Of a DNA stretch of 32,000 nucleotides, positions 26,973 through 32,000 are shown in pieces. The notes under the pieces are model-generated. The model searched no databases. It was not told the DNA's origin and saw nothing but the letters and a program-made list of their open reading frames with translations. Every line of letters begins with the position of its first letter. The stretch's first letter is position 1. The translations under genes were made by a program, and so were the position numbers. This DNA is from Candidatus Heimdallarchaeota archaeon B3_Heim (GTDB taxonomy: Archaea; Asgardarchaeota; Heimdallarchaeia; Hodarchaeales; Hodarchaeaceae): NCBI GenBank assembly GCA_003144275.1, contig NJBF01000021.1:40724-72723 (forward strand), given 5' to 3'.

Positions 26973-27740
26973 TTGAATAATGTGCTAAATAAAGCTATAA
27001 AGTTGATAAAAATGTCAGCAGATGAAGATATTCTAAGACCAAAACCGAATAAAGTGAACCCCGAAAATTCTCCTTATTCAGCTAAATTTATAAATTTAGT
27101 TGATGGCTCCAAAATGGTAGTTCGTCAGATTACAAGAGAGGAAACGAAAAAGGTTATCCCATTATTTTATGATATTGTAAAAATCAACAAAGACTTTTAT
27201 GATCTTGTAGGCGCAAGAATTCTAGGGGAATTGTTGGCATACGTGCAATATCGTGTACAGGATGAGTATGTCCTTCTTGGCCAAGTACATGATACAGGAG
27301 AAGTTTTAGGATTAGTAAACGGCTATTTGAGTTTCAATGATCCGAAGATTGGAATCAGTTATCACACTATGACCTTCAAACGAGGGCTTCGTGTTGGTGC
27401 TCACCTCTTTGTTGCTAAGATGGAGCATCATCTGGACTATCTCCAAAATGATGAAGTTAAGATCGTTGCTGAATCCCATATTGGTTTTCGTCGATGGATG
27501 GAGGAATTACGATTGGAAGAGAATTTCGATTTCGAACATCCTGTGGGTGGCGTCCCTAGCTATAATCTTACTAGAAAGAACTGGGAATCTTATGTGAAAC
27601 CAGAGCGATGTTTTGGAACAGAAAATCGACCTATTCCTGAAGAATATCTTAAAACAGTCAAAGAGAATATTCTATTACCTGAAGATGTTATGTACCAAAT
27701 CACGGGTACTCCAAAAGATGAATTTTTGAAGGGATTTTAA
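26973..27740 (+). CDS. Hypothetical protein, possibly GNAT-fold
   Basis: The ORF abuts the thiolase-like gene (TAA then ATG). The segments VVRQ.., ISYHT.TFKRGLRVGAHLF and VAESHIGF resemble acetyltransferase motifs. The likely start is ATG 27012. Confidence 0.7.
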   Translation: MNNVLNKAIKLIKMSADEDILRPKPNKVNPENSPYSAKFINLVDGSKMVVRQITREETKKVIPLFYDIVKINKDFYDLVGARILGELLAYVQYRVQDEYVLLGQVHDTGEVLGLVNGYLSFNDPKIGISYHTMTFKRGLRVGAHLFVAKMEHHLDYLQNDEVKIVAESHIGFRRWMEELRLEENFDFEHPVGGVPSYNLTRKNWESYVKPERCFGTENRPIPEEYLKTVKENILLPEDVMYQITGTPKDEFLKGF

Positions 27741-28928
27741 ATGCGTGATGTTACCATAATTGGCGCAGGAATGGGAAGCCGTTGGGGAAAATACAGTGGT
27801 TCCCTAATTGAGATGATGGCCGAAGCTTCGCTTTCTGCGATTGATGATGCAGGAACTGATGAAATTGATGCAGTCTTTGTTGCTAACATGGGAGCGGGGA
27901 GAATTAATAATCAAACCGCACTCGGTTCAGCGTTGATTGACTATCTTAATTTGTTTCCTGCAGTTGGAGCTTCCATCGAAAATGGGCCTGCCTCTGGTGC
28001 TACTGCCGCTCGCATTGGCTATATGGCTATTGCATCAGGAGTCCATGATGTTGTGATGATCACTGGCGGGGAAAAGATGCGCGTTGCCCCAGGACCTGTT
28101 GTTACTGATTTTGTAGCTACTATGGCTCATCCAGAAGCAGAATATATTCATGGTATCACGTTTCCAAGTTTGGGTGCATTGCTTGCACGATTATATTTTG
28201 AAAAATATGGAGTGACATCAGAAGATCTAGCAAGAATAGCGATCAAGAATCATCAAAATGGCTTGAAGAATCCACATGCTCATATTCGACAAAAAATCAC
28301 TATGGAAGGGATTTTAACAAGTAGAGAAGCAAAATTAAATAATCCGATGATAGCTGATCCTTTACATTTATATGATATGTGCCCCGTCAGTGATGGTAGT
28401 GCTTCGATTATAATGTGTTCTATGAATAAAGTTCAAGAATTTGAAAAGACTCCTATCATTAAATTTGCAGGTACTGGACAAGGTATGGATACAATGGCTG
28501 TTCACGAACGAGAAGATCCTACATTCTTAAAAGCTGTGAAAATTGCCTCAGATCAGGCGTTCAAAATGGCTGGTTTGACCCGAGAGGATATTGATTTTGC
28601 TGAAATCCATGATGCCTTTGAAATCTTGGAACTAGCGGAGTTAGAGTCTGCAGGTTTTTACGAGCGTGGAAAGGCCCATCTGTCTGTTAGAGAAGGGGAA
28701 ACAGAACTTACGGGCAAATTTCCTGTAAATACTTCGGGTGGTTTAAAAGCTCGTGGACATCCCGTTGGAGCCACTGGTGTAGCACAGTTGTGTGAATTAG
28801 TATGGCAATTACGTGGAGAAGCAGGTGAAAGACAGATACCTAATGATCCAAAACATGGTTATGCTGTAAATTTTGGAGGGTTTGGAAACAATGTGGTTTC
28901 AACAATCCTTTCTCGAGTTAAAGGGTGA
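27741..28928 (+). CDS. Thiolase-fold protein (archaeal/SCP-x type) lacking the canonical nucleophilic Cys
   Basis: GGEKM, KNHQNG..NP.AH, DMCPVSDG, EIHDAF, NTSGGLKARGHPVGATG. ENGPASG replaces ExACASG. Confidence 0.9.
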   Translation: MRDVTIIGAGMGSRWGKYSGSLIEMMAEASLSAIDDAGTDEIDAVFVANMGAGRINNQTALGSALIDYLNLFPAVGASIENGPASGATAARIGYMAIASGVHDVVMITGGEKMRVAPGPVVTDFVATMAHPEAEYIHGITFPSLGALLARLYFEKYGVTSEDLARIAIKNHQNGLKNPHAHIRQKITMEGILTSREAKLNNPMIADPLHLYDMCPVSDGSASIIMCSMNKVQEFEKTPIIKFAGTGQGMDTMAVHEREDPTFLKAVKIASDQAFKMAGLTREDIDFAEIHDAFEILELAELESAGFYERGKAHLSVREGETELTGKFPVNTSGGLKARGHPVGATGVAQLCELVWQLRGEAGERQIPNDPKHGYAVNFGGFGNNVVSTILSRVKG

Positions 28929-29281
28929 AAAAAATGTCTATACATACACCGATTGCATATAAATGCTTGAATTGTGGAAAATTGCATTATCCTAAACATG
29001 GACGTTGTCTTCAATGTAAGCACCGAGAATTTGAAGAAGTCCCCGTTTCCTCCGAGGGAACCTTAATTACATTTACACAGCTCAAAGCGCCTCCCTCCGG
29101 TATTGAATCTCGCTCCTTATTCCTGGGGGTGATTGATCTAGGTGATGTGAGGTACACAGGTCAAATTGAGGTTGAATCTATTGATAGTTTGCATTCTGGC
29201 ATGAAACTTGTAGCTACATGGAAACAGGTTCGAACTATCGACAATCGTCCGATTTATGGATTTGTTTGGGGACCTCCTTAG
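28925..29281 (+). CDS. DUF35 family Zn-ribbon/OB-fold protein
   Basis: CLNCGKLHYPKHGRCLQC followed by G.LITFT..., overlapping the thiolase-like gene stop by 4 bp. Confidence 0.88.
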   Translation: MKKMSIHTPIAYKCLNCGKLHYPKHGRCLQCKHREFEEVPVSSEGTLITFTQLKAPPSGIESRSLFLGVIDLGDVRYTGQIEVESIDSLHSGMKLVATWKQVRTIDNRPIYGFVWGPP

Positions 29282-29580
29282 CCAAATCCCTTTTCTAGTC
29301 TATTTTCGGGTTCTATTTGGTCAATAGTGTTAAGATTGACATTTTCAGATGGACATATATTTTAGCGAGATTTGTATTTTACTCGTCGGTAGACCGAATA
29401 GAGGATACTCTTTTATATTAACAAACTTTTCTTTGTGCAATTGGATGATTGGATGATATTCACCACTTAACTCTGAAATAATTTTTCTCATTAGAATTGA
29501 GTAAGAAAGAGTGTGGAAGGATTAAAGCGGATGATTATTGAAAATATTCCAATTCAATTATCGTATTTAGTAAAAATTAA

Positions 29581-30309
29581 ATGGAAGGAAGAGTTTTGGA
29601 ACGAGAAACAGCTAAAAATCTTTTGGTTTGGGGTGCAACAATTCTTGTAGCTCAAAATATAGTTTTAATAATACTAATAATGATGACATTCGTTTTGCAA
29701 GATGTAAGCACAATCGAATTAGTTCAAACACTATCTTTTTGGTTGGATATAATTGGATTTGGTCTAATTGGATTCGGAATGCTTAGTATTGGTATTCATT
29801 ACCCCTCAGTAGGTAATTATACTCAAAGAGGAGCATATCTCGCGTTTGGATGGGCAATTTTATCTATCATCTGGCGCTTAATCATGGGTATGCTTATTCC
29901 AGATTTCTACTTATTAGGAGAACCTGATATTGCAAATCTTGAGTTATATGCCATACTTCCCCCTGTTCTGTTTGGAATTGCGGCAGTTTTGTTACTACTT
30001 TTGATGTTCTCATTTAACACAACGATGACAAAATTTCAGGAACTAGAAGGCATCGGTACCGGTAAAAGTAACCTCTTTTCTGCATATGCAATAGTACACA
30101 TTGTCGGAGCAGCTATGATTGTTGTAGGCTGGGTACCTATTGCTAAAATTATCCTTGACCCCGCAAGTACAAGTATTGACGATTTAGGTGAGGCAGCAGG
30201 AGGTTTAATGCTCGCAGGGCTTGGTTTTATTATCAAAATACTTGCTGTACCAATAATGGGGATAATAGCATTCTTAGGAGTAAAGAATAGTTTTCAAACC
30301 ATAGAATAG
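29581..30309 (+). CDS. Hypothetical polytopic membrane protein
   Basis: About six hydrophobic segments in 242 aa. Confidence 0.78.
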   Translation: MEGRVLERETAKNLLVWGATILVAQNIVLIILIMMTFVLQDVSTIELVQTLSFWLDIIGFGLIGFGMLSIGIHYPSVGNYTQRGAYLAFGWAILSIIWRLIMGMLIPDFYLLGEPDIANLELYAILPPVLFGIAAVLLLLLMFSFNTTMTKFQELEGIGTGKSNLFSAYAIVHIVGAAMIVVGWVPIAKIILDPASTSIDDLGEAAGGLMLAGLGFIIKILAVPIMGIIAFLGVKNSFQTIE

Positions 30310-30318
30310 AATAATTAA

Positions 30319-30362
30319 ATATTAGGGTCTTGAGTGACCTTAATATCTCCTCCCCTTTTTTC
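30319..30362 (+). terminator. Hairpin plus pyrimidine/T tract between convergent genes
   Basis: ATATTAGGGTC-TTGAGT-GACCTTAATAT (11-bp stem, one G-T pair), then CTCCTCCCCTTTTTT. Confidence 0.55.
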
Positions 30363-30423
30363 ACATTGAAATATCAAGGAACTAAGCCTGCATTTTCTGG
30401 GGAAAATCTCTATATTAATAATC

Positions 30424-30822
30424 TTAAAGAAGAAGATTCGTTCTGAGAATTTTTTCTATCTCAGATTCCCACGCTGCTTTTGATGACTCTTCCACATTCC
30501 CTATTAACCTCATAATGTGTTGCATAAATGAGGTGAGTTCCGAAAATTCGTCAAAATCCATACGAGAAGGAGTAGCAAGCTGTAGCACGGCTTTAGGGTG
30601 TCCACCACCAGCAAAGAGAAAACGAATATTGATTAATACCTTCTTTTTCCCTTTAATCACAAAATTAAAACCATTTTCCCTCTTACAGCGAATTTGAATT
30701 GAACTAAGTTTCTCCCTTTCAGGAGTCTGATTTGTTGAATTCACTTGATCGTTTTTTGCTCCACATTGCATACAGAAAACCCATTTTGCCTCTATAAAGC
30801 TCCCACAGTTATTACACTTCAT
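30424..30822 (-). CDS. Zinc-ribbon domain hypothetical protein
   Basis: N-terminal CNNCG..FCMQCG, with a Shine-Dalgarno-like GAAGGTGA upstream. Confidence 0.75.
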   Translation of the reverse strand: MKCNNCGSFIEAKWVFCMQCGAKNDQVNSTNQTPEREKLSSIQIRCKRENGFNFVIKGKKKVLINIRFLFAGGGHPKAVLQLATPSRMDFDEFSELTSFMQHIMRLIGNVEESSKAAWESEIEKILRTNLLL

Positions 30823-31124
30823 ATTTTATCACCTTCACAAGCAAATAAATAAATTATAACACAAAATTGAAATTATGCAAATCATTTGTTCTATTGGTAA
30901 TTGTTCAATATAATGAAATTACCTGCATCTTTTTCATTATATCACCTCTCCCCTACTAAAACTTATTTACAGTATTAAGTTTCTAAATTTCTTATAATAT
31001 TGTTTATTTCTAGTGCATTAATTTGCTGATATTCGACCATTAATTGCCTTTTCCTTTTTTTGCCCATTATATTTGGTAAAGTATTTGGTGCCGTCATTCG
31101 ACGAAGATGGATATTCTAAGTAAC

Positions 31125-31817
31125 TCATTCCTTTACTTCTTCTCCAAAGTTAATAATGCTGTCAGTGCTAAATTTGTTAATTGTTGGGAATCGGGGGAGT
31201 ACATACCTAAAGAAGGTAAAATTCAGCATTATTAATGAAAGTATTATTAACCAGGGAGCGACTGGAGCCAAGAATGATGCGAGAGCAGGAGAAATGAATG
31301 CCACGAGACTGGTTGAGCAACATACTATACCGCTAGCTAAAGCCGAAGTTCCAGCGACCGCTGTAGATACTGAGGAGACGGCAGATTGACGTTTCGTGGT
31401 ATTTTTTGTATTCTCTTGATTTGAAACATCAATGATTTTACAATATGGTTTCGTTGTAAACAAACCTCCATAGACCATTCCTGAAAGAAGTGAAACAGCA
31501 AGCAAGCTTACACCAGGATCATAAGGTATGAAGATTCTGAGATGAGTTGTTATATTCCATGTTAATGCGCGTTCATCAAGAAAAAATCCTTCTTGAAGTA
31601 GATAATATGAAGTAATTCCCCCAGTTAGGTAAACCAATGCAACAAAGATAACTAGAGCAAGTAAACCACTTAGAACTATGAATTTTCTCCAAAAAACTCT
31701 GTCAAGATTAAATTCTAGCTTCTTACGGTAATGATCTAGATTAATGAGGATTAGGGGTAATAATAGAAAAAAGAGAGAAGGAAGGGATTTTTCAATTAAG
31801 AAATTCCATTCAATCAT
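31125..31817 (-). CDS. Hypothetical membrane protein with an intramembrane Cys-Cys pair
   Basis: Several TM segments, and ASGIVCCSTSLVAF near the C-terminus. Confidence 0.75.
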   Translation of the reverse strand: MIEWNFLIEKSLPSLFFLLLPLILINLDHYRKKLEFNLDRVFWRKFIVLSGLLALVIFVALVYLTGGITSYYLLQEGFFLDERALTWNITTHLRIFIPYDPGVSLLAVSLLSGMVYGGLFTTKPYCKIIDVSNQENTKNTTKRQSAVSSVSTAVAGTSALASGIVCCSTSLVAFISPALASFLAPVAPWLIILSLIMLNFTFFRYVLPRFPTINKFSTDSIINFGEEVKE

Positions 31818-31821
31818 AAAT

Positions 31822-32000
31822 TCACTTCGGTCTCCTTTTTGGCATTTTTTTTATTATACGATATACTACTGCTATTCCTAGGGAGAAGATTATAACATCT
31901 AATACAAGCAAACTTGGTGCTGATGATGTTATTGAATCACTTGAAGGCTCAAAAGTCGATACATGGGTTACCGATGAGTTTCCAGCAAAAATTTCTATAG
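31822..32000 (-). CDS. 3' end of a probable membrane-anchored surface protein (not in ORF track)
   Basis: The minus-strand frame reads IEIFAGNSSVTHVSTFEPSSDSITSSAPSLLVLDVIIFSLGIAVVYRIIKKMPKRRPK*: a Ser/Thr linker, one TM helix and a basic tail. It stops 4 bp before the next gene's ATG. Confidence 0.7.
   Translation of the reverse strand, partial: IEIFAGNSSVTHVSTFEPSSDSITSSAPSLLVLDVIIFSLGIAVVYRIIKKMPKRRPK

Noticed and set aside
29440-29500. GGATGAT repeats and a CTGA resembling C/D box sRNA motifs
   Set aside because: No proper RTGATGA box C, and no terminal stem.
31018-31128. 36-aa minus-strand ORF whose ATG overlaps the upstream stop (ATGA)
   Set aside because: Short, with no recognisable motif. 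Such overlaps arise easily by chance in AT-rich DNA.
354-31389. Numerous 60-110 aa track ORFs antisense to or nested within confident genes (e.g. 354..536, 1476..1805, 15067..15357, 31156..31389)
   Set aside because: Shadow ORFs of well-supported genes with no protein-like motifs.
1-32000. Genome-wide stop-codon reassignment suggested by the in-frame TGA and TAG
   Set aside because: TGA, TAG and TAA each terminate clearly full-length genes (e.g. proS TGA, ABC permease TAG, aor TAA).

Overview
AT-rich, densely coding archaeal window. It is most consistent with an Asgard archaeon (Heimdallarchaeia/Hodarchaeales-like), an inference from the archaeal-type ProRS, NucS, tungsten-type AOR, a Rab-like small GTPase, a Roadblock/LC7 protein and a kynureninase. 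About 32 CDSs cover housekeeping, catabolic and transport functions: proS (5'-truncated), Nudix, Sir2, class II tRNA nucleotidyltransferase, SplB-like radical SAM, LeuB-family dehydrogenase, MacB/FtsX-type ABC transporter, MFS, dipeptidase, NucS, AOR, orphan N6-adenine MTase, PhnN-like kinase, GNAT, CodA, KynU, thiolase-like + DUF35, and several membrane or Zn-ribbon hypotheticals. I saw no tRNA, rRNA, CRISPR array or transposase. The most notable observations are: (1) a coupled three-gene unit of an unknown protein, a thiolase-fold protein lacking the nucleophilic Cys (ENGPASG) and DUF35; (2) a bacterial/eukaryotic-class CCA-adding enzyme overlapping a radical SAM protein with a PolX-like C-terminal domain and clamp-binding-like motifs; (3) an 84-nt element with perfect 13-bp terminal inverted repeats; (4) a membrane-protein gene broken by an in-frame TGA; (5) an orphan C-terminal PorB fragment. 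All annotations come from motif recognition by eye; no database searches were run.
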